The position numbers and the translations under genes were made by a program. A stretch of 64,000 nucleotides of DNA from Azolla caroliniana. Lineage: Eukaryota; Plantae; Polypodiophyta. Numbering within the stretch: position 1 is the stretch's first letter; each line of letters starts with the position of its first letter. Shown one piece after another: positions 22,506-36,325 of the stretch. Under the pieces are notes generated by a model. That model was given only the letters and a program-made list of their open reading frames with translations, was not told where the DNA came from and did not search any database. The stretch is taken from the NCBI GenBank assembly GCA_043228905.1, contig JBHGNT010000001.1:3844001-3908000 (forward strand), written 5' to 3'.

Positions 22506-25171
22506 ATGTCTGCTTCTCTCGCGACCTCCGTTTCTTCTGATTTCGCATATACCGCATGCTATTGGTACACATTTTCTTCCCTTTTTTTCTCTTATTTCGC
22601 TGCTTCTTCTTCTTCTTCTGATACTGATCCAGCTCTATACTACACGTTCTCCTTCTCTCCTTCTCCCACGCGGTTGTTTTTCTTTGCTTCGTTCATTTTT
22701 GCTCTCGTCGTGTTCTTCTGAAGAAACCTTTATTTTCATGTTTCCGTAGCTCTTCTGACCGAACCACCTAACCGATGTCTTCTTCTCATCATCTTCCGTT
22801 CTTCACTTGTTCTTGTTTAATCTCTTTCCCAGTGAAGAGAACGTTTATTTGGTCTGCCAGCAGCTGTGCAGAAGCGGCAAAGCTTCTATAGATGCTTCCG
22901 ATCTGTTCATCGTCTTTATCTCCAATTCTGATAAAAAGGTATCTCTCTCTCCTGCAATATTTTCTTTGTCACCATTATTTTTTTTCTCCAAACCTGCAAA
23001 CCTGCAAAAGAAACTTGAATTTATATTTAAAAACTACCGTCTTTTAGTCTTTCTCTCAAGAAATTGTCAAAGAAATTTGATTACTTTAAAATTGTTACTC
23101 TTTCCTGCAATATTTTATTGCCACTCTGCAAAATAAGCTTCACACTAGCTTGAAAAGACAAGTGCTTCAAACTTCCCGTTTTCTCTCCAGAAACTTCAAA
23201 AGAAGACGTGACTAACTCTAAATGGTCACTCCTTTTTCCAATACATTCTTTGCCACCATTAATTTTCTTTCCAAAACTGCAAAAAAGATGATTTCAATCA
23301 GCTTAAAATGACACTCTTAAAAATTTCCTTTTTACTCATTTTCTTCCCAGAAACTGAAAAAGAAGTGCGATCAATCGGAATTGGCTACTGCTCTCTCCTG
23401 GAACATTTTCTTTTTACTCATTTTTTTCCTGAAACTGCAGAAGGAGATTTTAAATCAGCGTAATCTGGAACATTTTCTTTTTACTCATTTTATTCCTGAA
23501 ACTGCAAAAGGAGGTTTTAAATCAGCGTAATCTGGAACATTTTCTTTTTACTCATTTTATTCCCGAAACTGCGAAAGGAGGTTTTAAATCAGTGTAAAAC
23601 AACACTCTTTTGAACATCTTTGCCATCATTTTCTCTTCAGCAATTGCCATAGAATATGTGATCACCTTAACAAATAGTTTCTCACCTCTGTGAGTTTTCC
23701 GCACCGTCATTAAGTTTCTCTGCAAAACAACAAAAGCAATCTCTGGGAAGTGCTCATTAGATCTGAATGTAGGTTCATCGTAGATAAAAATCTCCTCTCT
23801 CAGGGAACTTTCACCTCCAATACAGATAAAAGATCTCATTACAAGTTTTCTGCAAACTTTCATTGCCAAATATTTATTCTTCAAAAGTACAAAAGGAGCT
23901 TTGAAATTCAGCTCCTGCTAGAAGCGCCAGAAGGGCCCAAACTAAATTCTCGTGATTCATGTTAAAATTGTATTTGTTTCTCCATAAAAGAGCAAAAGAA
24001 GTTGCCATCTATAGGCATCACAAATCGGGCCCTAGGTTAGTTCTCGTATGCAACAAAGAAGTGCAAAACGTGCAACAATTTTTAAATTGGAAACACCCTA
24101 TTGCAGATAATTGTAGTTGCCATCACCAATCTCAGATAAAATGTACTCATTTATGCAAAATTTCGTTCCTGTTGTTTTCTCCCAATATGTGCAAAAATAA
24201 GCTTCAGTAAATTCAAAAGAGTACAATAGGTCAATATATTCACAAATGCAAAAGCTGATGAAATGTCAACGACATAACACTGTTGTTATTTGGTTGGCTT
24301 TTCTGTCCTTCTTGATAGCAAAATTATATTTTTCTTCAATATATAGGTTCCGATCTGGCACCAGAAAGCTGGTTTAAGTGGAAAAGATGGATTCGTTATC
24401 TGGGATTATCATGTCATCTGCATACAGGTATTGTTGCTTCACTCTGGTCAATTTCTTTCATTTCCATTTCTTTCTAATGATATTCCATAGTAGGTGGAGA
24501 CGACAAATACTCTCATATTGAAAATTTTGTAGCATTTATTAGATTTTTTCAGAATCGAACACAGAAACATTAGTGTGGGATTTAGACACAACTCTTGAAA
24601 TGCCAGAAAGTTTTTCAAAGTACATACAGGAGTCTTTTCGTCCATCCTTAGATCTGCATCCAAGTTACCAGAGGTAAAATCTAACTTAAGCATTTTCTTT
24701 TAAGCACATGTGCATATACATATACCATTAGTAAATACAAAACCCAGGGTATTTCAGAGTCGTTCAAGAGTAAGAATGGATAGAAAGTCAACTACTTGAT
24801 ATAAAAACACTTTACTGCAGGGTGTACAGAGTTGTTTCTGCCCCTCTCTTCCTTAGATATTTTTCATCTGATAGACGGCATATGAAGACACCAGAAGGTT
24901 TATGGGCTATGCCCCCACCACCATATGAATGCATTCATGGACTGGGTATAACACTGTAGGTTGAATTTTTGTCCACTAAAGAAATAATAAAGATTTTTTT
25001 ATCTGATGCCTACAAGTTTATGCAGGTGACAATGTACATAATCTGGATGAGTACGTAACAATGTCAAACAAGGATATAAGAAGTTCCAAGGATCTTACAA
25101 AAGAAAACATTAATGGAGAAATTTTCGGGATAGTTGTTGATCATGAGGGATTGAAAGAGTTATTCAGTTAA
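22506..25171 (+). CDS. NTAQ1: Protein N-terminal glutamine amidohydrolase (WDYHV1 family), 6 exons, about 215 aa
   Basis: Exons 22506-22564, 22833-22938, 24347-24427, 24543-24673, 24821-24945, 25026-25171 give [56 protein letters not shown]. The Cys/His/Asp catalytic motifs are intact. Confidence 0.93.
23398..23597 (+). repeat. 67-bp minisatellite, 3 copies, in NTAQ1 intron 2
   Basis: ctggaacattttctttttactcatt starts at 23398, 23465 and 23532. Older degenerate relatives lie upstream from about 22950. Confidence 0.9.
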
Positions 25172-26698
25172 TGTATGCCTTTACACAATCCCAGTGATAA
25201 AGCTGGATACTGAATTTTCAGAGATTTTCAGTTATCAATTGAATTGGAAACAAGTCTATTGAAAAGGATTTCGACAAGTCAAAAGTGAAGTCTTTGATCC
25301 CTGTTGGAAAATTTTGTACTCAATCTAATTGGATTTCTAGAATTTCCATAAGCCATTTCTTATCTTTGTGCATGTCATTTGGAACAAGAACAAATCAAAA
25401 CTTATTAGTCAACTCTTCTTTGTACATATTCACATTTGTAGTATCATGCAATGTATCATTGAACACATGCAGCTAAGTGTTTCAGGAAGAGATTAAAATA
25501 GGTCTTTGCATTGGGAAAATTAAGATGCAGTTACTACGTAAAAGAATTAGGCAACATTATTTTGCAGGCAACAAGTTGACTTACTAATTTACTTAATATT
25601 TGGGCAATTGCCAATAGGACCATTAGGATACATATATGGTCAACGAGTATTGTCAACTGAAATCAAAATTTCAAGATGATTTTTCACATATCTTTTAGGT
25701 CTAGGATTTCTATGTTGTTTGAAACTAATGGAGGAGAGTGACATTGAGATATTGGATCAAACTTCAATAATAATGAGTTGAATCTTATAAATGAGTTGGA
25801 CAATTGAATATGCTGTAATTGAATTAGAGCGGATCTAACTTCAGTAATATTGTTTTGGGAAACTATTGCGATGTGCTTTAGACATTGTATACATGGTAAT
25901 AATATTGTGTTACTAGTGCACCTCTTGCATTGTGATTGATGGTCCTCATTCTATCTACAAATGTGCTGCCAGAACAAACAGAAGTGTCACCATGCATAAT
26001 GGAATAGCATTATGGGAACTATGAGAAATGTAGTCACTTGAACCACTACTTTGAGAGTCGATTCACCATGAGATTAAGACCATCATTGTTTGGAAAACTA
26101 ACTTGAGAGTCTATTCATAATGAGATTATGACCATGAATCTCATCATAAGGAGCCTTTTAGAGATATTTGGACCTTGAACTTGCCAATGATAGTTATCAT
26201 CGAAAGCTTGGCAAATTCTAGTTGTGAGATATTTACAAGTGGATTTGGGCAAACTTTCATTTGCTCAAAGTAGCAATTGTTTGGCCCACATCACACTTCC
26301 ACTAGCTAATGAATTTATGCCATGTAGACATTTTGTTTCCTTTCATTCACACACCAATTGATCTGTTTCACATTCTTTAACCTTTTTTTTGTGCATCTCT
26401 CATGTTATAGAGGCCCGAGGGTGGTCTGTGGTAATGAGGGTTTTACACGCGTATATGCTAGCAAAAACATTTGAATTCCTTCAAGCAAGAACAAATATCA
26501 CATTTTTCCTTGAAAATTATAGGCAGTTGATTGCCCAATTGCACGAATCATCTTCGTTGGACATAAACCATACTCATAATGTATAATCATTTTGGTAAAC
26601 AATAATACATTGATTGGTGTATGAAAGGGAAAGCCAATCAAATGAGCTGCATCAGAAATCATGTAAAAATTGATCAAATAAAAAGTCATTACAAGTGT

Positions 26699-26742
26699 GA
26701 CAGTTTGGCCGAGTGGTCTAAGGCGTTGGATTTAGGCTCCAA

Positions 26743-26778
<36 letters not shown>
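26699..26778 (+). tRNA. tRNA-Leu(UAG): tRNA-Leu (anticodon TAG)
   Basis: Acceptor stem GACAGTT/AGCTGTC+A, A-box TGGCCGAGTGG, anticodon arm TTGGA-TTTAGGC-TCCAA, long variable arm CCGAAAGG, T-arm GTGGG-TTCAAAT-CCCAC, and a T5 run 7 nt downstream. Confidence 0.95.
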
Positions 26779-27442
26779 TCACCCATTTTTATTTTCTCCT
26801 TCAGTATCTCCTTCTTGCTTCTATGTTGTCTTGGCATTGATTTTTCATATTCCTCCAAGTTTCTCATAAGTTTCTTTCAGATTCTAGAACCACTGAAGTA
26901 CATTTTTCAGGAATCTTTTAAATCAATATGGGTCTGAAGTACATTTTTGAGCAATTCTAGACTCTTTGATGAGTAGATCCACGATATGCTTAGAGTCCAG
27001 TCGTCTTCGACTGCGGGTGGCTTGCATGGTTAAAAGTTCTTTAACCGGAGTCAGTCAGTAATCATAGTCCTTTCTTAGGTTGATAAACAAGCTTGGATTG
27101 TGTCGTGCCTAAAGATTTTAGATCCAGAGTTTTTGAGCAACTGCAGATCTCCCTATTTTGAGGGTGATTGATCATGATGATTCAAGCATTTGATTCAGAG
27201 CTTTGATTCCCAAGATGGCATGACAAATTAGGGCAAAATCAAAATGAAGGGGCTATCGAGCTCCAATTATCTGCCAATTTGATGGGGACCAAGGACTACA
27301 TATCGCTGCTCAATAATTGTGGGCTGATATCTGGTCGCCAATTGTGGATCATGGTTAAGCCAGAGAGTCACGAATGGAGGATGGTACATGCCCATGCAGT
27401 GGAACTTAGCAAAGTGTTGTGTTTTTAGTTGTGCACTACTGT

Positions 27443-27580
27443 GAACTGTAAACCGTAAACCCTATCTCATTCTTTCTCTCTTTTGAGTGTTGTGCCACAA
27501 ACTTGCCACTGTGGATTGAACCCTAAACCCTAACTCATTCTTTCTCTCTTTTAAGTGTTGTGCCACAAACTTGCCATTGT
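27443..27580 (+). repeat. 68-bp tandem duplication, each copy headed by telomere-like (AACCCTA)n
   Basis: taaaccctatctcattctttctctcttttgagtgttgtgccacaaacttgccactgt at 27456 and the near-identical copy at 27524. Confidence 0.85.
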
Positions 27581-28468
27581 TTTATCTTCTTTTTTGTAAC
27601 CTTGTGCAGGATCTCTAGGTCTCGGCAATTCCACCCAAATTAGGGGGGAACATTCTCAGTGTAACTTTCAAACATGATTGATTTGCTTAATTTGATGGAT
27701 GTATCATGTAATAGAATAATGTAAGTTATGAACAGGCTAAAGCTCACAATTGTTAGAGTTGTCCATGTTGTCAAAATGCGCATTCCGTTTCTTATATTGG
27801 TTCATCTTGACATGTATGAGGCAGAGAGGACTTCAATTCTTTTTTCTATCACAAGTGAAGTCTATTAAATCAAAGCATTATAAAAATGTCTTTAAAGCAC
27901 AACACATCAATGTGGAGAAGGTCTTCATTCTGCAGTATGCTATGCCAGTATCCTTCAAACTTAATTGTGGTAAGCAACATAAGATCATTATATGGAAAAA
28001 CATTAGTGCATTAAGGTTTATGAGACTTTTTGTATCTCATCCCTTTATTTCCAGATACAAACCAACGTGTAAGATTTATAGCTTGCGAAGTATGAGGATA
28101 TCACATCCACTCTTTGGAAGATCAAGACAAAGGAATTGGGACAAAACATAAAGAGGGTATACAGAGGGTTATTGAATCACATATACCAATTATTGTAAGA
28201 TAGTACTAGTTTTTTTATTTGGCTTTTCCACTTACTATAGAAAACAGATAGTTTTGAGTCGTAATTGTAGTGTTTTAAATACTTTTCAATATGACTCAAT
28301 GGATAAGGCTTATAACCATGAAACCCACTTATCTTAGTGTATTAATTTAGTTTTGTGTTGATGGATTTCATTCAGTTTATAGACTTTACTACTTGTAAAC
28401 AACACCATAGTGTTATGCACAGATCTCTATAAAAATGAAATATTAGGAATAATGATGCTACAAAACTC

Positions 28469-28615
28469 TCAAGAATTTGAAATTAAATGCATATGCATAT
28501 CTTGATAAGTAGATTCAAACCACCAAAATTTCAAAATACTATCAAGAATTTGGAATTAAATGTATATGCATATTTTGATAAGTAGATTCAAACCACCAAT
28601 ATTGCAAAATGCTAT
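28469..28615 (+). repeat. Tandem duplication of about 73 bp
   Basis: tcaagaatttg(a/g)aattaaatg..ttgataagtagattcaaaccaccaa occurs twice in tandem. Confidence 0.85.
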
Positions 28616-28962
28616 GGGATTTTTCTTAGAGTCGGAACACATTGGATGCAATAGGTACCAACTCTAAGGAAAATGAACACTTGTTGACACATGGACGCTA
28701 GCATTTTGTAGCAAAAGAAAAACAAACAATTCTCATGGATACCTAGTAATACCTTTTCATTGTTGGTGGCTAATAATAGATCCGCCATCCTTATACATCA
28801 CTTGCAAACTTTGATATTTCATTCATATGTGTAGCCATGTTGTTTGGCATTGATGAGCAAGATATCTAATAATGTGTGTGGTGCATGGAAAATATAATAG
28901 TTACAAAGAGGCAAAAAATATCAATCGAAGGATTGAATGAATGCTTGGTTTGTCGTCGTTTT

Positions 28963-30339
28963 TTAAATGTTTGGAGGAAGTTGGTGCACCTTAGCAAGGA
29001 GCGCTCGCACAGCCACATCAAAGGCATCCTCAAAATCAGGAGGTAGCAAGGTACTAGGATTAGCATAGATCAAGGTAGGGATTAAGCTAATCACCATCTC
29101 TCTCATTTGAGCAACATTCGAAGGAGAGATGGCATTCAACACACTCTCAATTTGAACACGGTCGGCCTTCACGAGGTGTTGAGGGATAAAGACAGAGTAG
29201 AGGCTATGGTTCTTTGGCAAGTGCCACACATATTGCATGTATGCCGAGTTAGGGTGAAAAAACACGGGGATGCACCCTGCAAGCATCGAATCGAAGATGG
29301 TCCTAGATGTGGATGACTCTCCTTGGGGTAACAAACAAAACACGCTCTTTTCAAAGGCCTTTATTGGTGTCAAGGAACTCTCACATTCGAGACCACATTC
29401 CAATAGATTGCATTGGTTAGACGAGTTGCACTGCTTTCGGACTGCCCACTTGATAGATCCTACATGTTCCATCGGTGAGGAGCTCGATCTTACGAATGCC
29501 ATCAATGAAGACCTCTCCTTCTTCCTCACTCTCGCTTGCCAATTCTCGACCTCGGCCATTGTTGTCGGGTGGAAATTGGTGGGGTAAGGTATGGCAAAGT
29601 CATTGTCGTGCCACAAACTCTTCTCGACCAACAAGTTCCACATGTTCTTTACCTCGTCGACAAGGAAGAGCCTATTGCCCCAATCGCCCTCTTCGTCCGT
29701 CTGCCTTCTAAAGTCCCAAGACATTCTCCCACACACTAGGAAATGGTTTTTGCCCTCTTTCTCACTCCATGCCTTCTGAGCCCGGAGCCAAGTGCCTAAA
29801 GCCTCGCTTAAATGATCCCTCACACTCACACTAGTGCCCCAAAGGTTCCTAGCAATATCAAGCCCACCATAGAAAGGCACATATATTAGGTTTGCCATGC
29901 TAGGATCATTTGTCAAGCACTCATATTGATTCATCCTGCTATGGAAGATCACTTCCAATGCGTATTCATCTGTGGAGAACCATGCATGCTTTGAAAGACC
30001 CACACTTCCTTCTCCTTCTTCTTCTTCTTCTTCTTCTTCTAATTTGGGTCCAAGCCCACCATTGATGTATTTATTGCACATCAGCTCATTGCAAGTGGAT
30101 GACAATAGATCCTCATTGAACACGGTGGGAAGGCTATGGATGTATATATACTTGCCATTGCAGGCTTTAGGGTCAGATTTAGGGATAATGCTTGAAGAGA
30201 GTTGTGTGACAGGGGAGCTTCTCTGATTCTGTTGGCTAGGGTTGGATGAAATGAAGTGGAAAATGCAGAGGAACCACCACAGTGCAATCACAGCCAAAAT
30301 CCAGAAAGATTTCCTACGAATAATCTTCCTTTGAATCAT
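28963..30339 (-). CDS. Exostosin-family GT47A glycosyltransferase (MUR3/KATAMARI1-like xyloglucan galactosyltransferase), intronless, 458 aa
   Basis: N-terminal type II TM helix. Motifs C.GKYIYIH.LP..FN.DLL, LEVIFHSRM.QYECLT.D, YVPFYGGLD, HFLV.GR..WDFRR, FAIPYPT.FHP, FDSMLAGCIPVFFHP.SAY.QY.WHLP, DAFDVAV. Confidence 0.92.
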   Translation of the reverse strand: MIQRKIIRRKSFWILAVIALWWFLCIFHFISSNPSQQNQRSSPVTQLSSSIIPKSDPKACNGKYIYIHSLPTVFNEDLLSSTCNELMCNKYINGGLGPKLEEEEEEEEGEGSVGLSKHAWFSTDEYALEVIFHSRMNQYECLTNDPSMANLIYVPFYGGLDIARNLWGTSVSVRDHLSEALGTWLRAQKAWSEKEGKNHFLVCGRMSWDFRRQTDEEGDWGNRLFLVDEVKNMWNLLVEKSLWHDNDFAIPYPTNFHPTTMAEVENWQARVRKKERSSLMAFVRSSSSPMEHVGSIKWAVRKQCNSSNQCNLLECGLECESSLTPIKAFEKSVFCLLPQGESSTSRTIFDSMLAGCIPVFFHPNSAYMQYVWHLPKNHSLYSVFIPQHLVKADRVQIESVLNAISPSNVAQMREMVISLIPTLIYANPSTLLPPDFEDAFDVAVRALLAKVHQLPPNI

Positions 30340-32514
30340 TTTCTCTCTCGTGAACTATGCATGCATGGCCTTCAGATTCTGCATGGAATGGGGCGAGGGC
30401 CTTCATATTCTGGTTTCAGAAACCATATTCATTTTGTGGGGGATGTGAGGAGAAGTGGGCACATGCTTCTTGGCCATTGAGTGTGTGTGTGAGAGAGATC
30501 ATGTAATCTGTCTCTAATTTTTGGGGTCTATAGGTCATGGGATCTGTCTATGATCTAGACACCTGTAAATTCTAAGCTTCTTCGGACAACCCCATAGTGG
30601 CCACCCAATCTCGATCTAGTATTAAACACCATTTTCAGCCGGCCATAGCGACAACGCACACTCTATAGTATTAAACAAATTATGCACATTCAAGACTAGT
30701 GTGGCACACCGTGGCAGGTTCATGGAAGAAGCTTCATCTAACCATGTATTTTTTTTGCCTCTCCAGGTGGCTAACCACACACTTAAACCTTCCTTTATCA
30801 TCCCGATGAGCTATCGAACCCTTTCCGGTGATTCGGAATACTTAAAAAGACCTTTTAACATTTTAATCATTTAATTTATTTTCCTCGTTGCTTTACTCTA
30901 TGTATATATGGGACTCATGATTCATGGCCAGTCTTCTTCGATGTCGTCACGTCTTGTGCACGAAAACACTCGATGCAATACACTTCTCTAGAACTTTAGA
31001 ATAATATATCAAAGCATGATAAATGGCAATTCCAAAACAAACAAGAAAAAGAAGTTTGCACGATGGACATTCTCCATCACGATCTTAAAATTAGACGATG
31101 TCATTACATAAGAAGATAAAAACAAAACAAAAGAAATACTCATATTTGTAGATTGAAATTCGGAACGTCAACGGAAAACACCCTTCACAAAGTTTCTAGA
31201 GGCTTAGAGTGTTTTTTGGGGAAACTTTAAAATCCTTTATATTGTAGAGTTTCCCAAAATGCTCCACTACCCTTATTACATTTTATTTATTTATTTATTT
31301 ATTTTCCAAAAACTTATTACATATATTTGATGGGAATCAATTTCAATTTCCGACCATATTGTAATTCATATTTTCCTTTCAGCAGATAAATTCATACTAG
31401 ATAGGAAAAATTCAATCATCCTTTTGAAGACATTTTATACATAGCCTATGGGAATCAAGTCCATTTCAAAGTTCAAAAGGACAAGATCAATAGTAGAATT
31501 TGGTTCTACATGTAACCTTGTTTATTTGTTCTTCTCCATGTGATGCATGATGGAAAATTTGGGAGCTTTCAACATTATTGCTTGTACAGAAGTCTCATTG
31601 GCTCCATTTGGCATTTAGCAAGTTTGGGTCTCTGGAAGGCTAGTCGTGTTGCCCTTGACATATGAACACTTGACGTATGAATCGGTGTGCTTATCCTTAA
31701 CGAGATGAAACAAAAACTCATACAAGTGATGTAGTTTGTCCCTATTTTAGCTCACAACTTCTTAACAATAATTCTGTGAAAATTTCTCAAGTGGATACAA
31801 CTCCATAATTTCATTCTATCAAAATCTTTTTAATTTACTCTAGGTGTCTACACCGTTTAATAGAATGATCTCCTAGAGTTTGAAAGATCAAAATGTTGTC
31901 ATACTACTTTTTCATTAGTTTGGATTTATGCCACGAGTTGTAATATGCATGGTCATTAACCACATTTGATATTATGAAGTGATCGCATACCCAAGTCATT
32001 ATGGTGTGGACAAGAGTATTATCACTAACTACTTCCTGTCACTCTATTCATATCTAAAGAACAAGGTTATTGATGAATAATTCCTTGTATATGAAAAAAT
32101 CTAATAGGCTTCACTAGATGTGTTGTTTATTAAGCAACATAAAAAGTTTGTCTATTACTTCTATATAAAGAAAGCAGCATTACACAAGCATTCACATTGG
32201 GGGTAACCCCCAAATTTCTCATGGACTATTTATAATATAAACAAGGGATGTGAAAAGGAGGGGATGTCGTGAGGATGCTTATGGATATGCCATCTCATGA
32301 TGGTATACAAAACTTAGTTTGTCAAAATTCTTTCCATGACCCATTCTGTCCATCTATATGTACATATACACTCCATGAGCTGAGCATGCAACTCTCCAAG
32401 ACTTTACAACACCTCACAATTTACATCAATCAAGAATTTACAAAATAATCCTCCACTACTTGAAGGCCATGACAAAATCATTCACTCCAACTACAAGACT
32501 AAAAACTATATTTC

Positions 32515-32619
32515 AACCAATTTTAGATAAGAGATCTAAAGTGATGGTTATTTCAATCCTAACCAAATCTAACCAATTTTAGATAAGAGATCTAAAGTGA
32601 TGGTTATTTCAATCTTAAC
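32515..32619 (+). repeat. 57-bp tandem duplication
   Basis: aaccaattttagataagagatctaaagtgatggttatttcaatc occurs twice. Confidence 0.9.
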
Positions 32620-34377
32620 GTCAGATCTTGTATAAGGCCTTGATGGATATTGCATACTTAGAAGTTAGATTGATGAATTAACTGCGTTCAATGATATATA
32701 ATTTTATGGGATTCCAATGATATATGATATGCAAAGTCTTGATGCATAGATCTAGTAGATTACCAGAATATTCTTTTTACATGGGAATAGAGTGCTTGAG
32801 GGTTCTTTTTAAGGGGATAAAGTACACACCGAGAAGATTTTTGTTGTGCTAAGGAATCTATCATATATTCCCTTACACCAAAAGAAAAGGTAGACCCATA
32901 TTGACAAATCCGTAAATCGAAAGATTCCTTTTAATGCAAGAGACCCAATGGTATGTAGTGATGTGCTTTAGTGTGTCAAAATCCATAGGGAAAGGGGCAA
33001 GATAAATGGATTGTCTATCCAACATGGGAAAATTATGTGTTGTTTATGCAATCCAACCATCTTTAATTAAATTATAACTATGACTCTCCAAACAAAAGAG
33101 CTTGTAGTAAGATTGAAATGTGATTGCCATCTTGTACCCAACACTTCTTGCCTAGATATTGGAGAAAAATCATGGGAACATTTCTTGCTTAGCTTGTTGA
33201 TGCATCACATCTGGCTTGGCATGTTGATGATGCCTCACATAATGTTATCGGTATAACCATAACTTAAATGTGGTAGTTTTTACTGCAATATTTTACACAC
33301 AAGGATAAATGTGTGTAGGTAATTGAGAATGTAAAGAAGGGATGATTCTTTTAATCCTAGGGATTGGGCCAGCCCTTAAGGGCCACATGTGAGATTGCTA
33401 GGCAACCTTGGGTTTGGCTATAAATGTGAGGCTTAGTTGACCTCATTCGGGGATCATTTGACTATGTTGAGAATGTGATCTTGTGGTGAGAGCGTGTCAA
33501 TACCAAGTACAACTCGAGGCCCATATGCGGTGTGGTATGCGATTGGGTTTGTCTCGATCCCTTCGCTTAAGGCTGGTCGGGTGGATTGACACCCTTCTTT
33601 TTTTGTCTCTTCATTTTTTTTTTCATAAAAAGTTATCCTCCATTGGTATTAAAATTAGAGTGGTGAAAGGCAATATACAAAATAGTCCACTATTACAATG
33701 AATATTGTATACTCGTGCCGAATGGCCGTAGCCAATCTTTCTAGCCAATCTTGGTCATATTCGGCATATCCAAGACTAATGTGTTTATCCAACAATCCCT
33801 TTCTTTCAATCTCAACATGCATTTCACATCCCTTCTAAATTGCTCTTGTGTTGCTAGCATAAACTTTCAAGATGCCCACAAAATTGAAAGCATTTGGTTG
33901 GATGTCTCCCTCTATGCTACATCTCCGCAAAGCTCTTACATGTTTCATCACCATAACCATGTTCTGCATGTCGTATTTGTACTTTAATTGGATGATTGTT
34001 GAACACTCGTGTAAAAGGCGATTACGGAGTATTGGCCTTTATCAACGGATTCTATGCCATTGCAAGCTTTAAATCCAAAAATAAATGCTATCGCATCCGG
34101 ATTCTGTCTCTTCATTTCCTTATCCATTTCCTTATTTACATGCTTGTGTTAGCTATATCTTTAACGCATAACCATACAAAAACATGTGACAAGCAATAAG
34201 AAAACACATCCCACACAAAAGTTGGGAACTAAGATAGAGGCCCAACGAGACGGATCCTATGAAGCACGACCATCCCCCCCCCCCCCCCCCCCCGTCCAAT
34301 ATAAATGAGCATGGCCATTTCGTGTTTCGATTTCATTGAGAGACATTTGCAAATTGCACATTTGAGGATATTATTCA

Positions 34378-34385
34378 GAATATCC
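34378..34385 (+). promoter_or_regulatory. Candidate P1BS (GNATATNC) phosphate-starvation element upstream of SQD1
   Basis: GAATATCC lies about 107 bp before the ATG. A second match, GCATATCC, is at 33764-33771. Confidence 0.45.
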
Positions 34386-34458
34386 AGTCCATAAATGAAT
34401 CCATACTCATAAAGACTCTCTCTCTCTCTCTCTCTCCGGGGAAGGTTAAGAGCTTTGA

Positions 34459-36325
<1,867 letters not shown>

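Noticed and set aside
31500-33250. Possible highly decayed LINE debris
   Set aside because: Only scattered 3-5 residue motif resemblances on conflicting strands.
33330-33590. Possible solo LTR (TG...CA ends, TATAAAT)
   Set aside because: I found no TSD, PBS, PPT or second copy.
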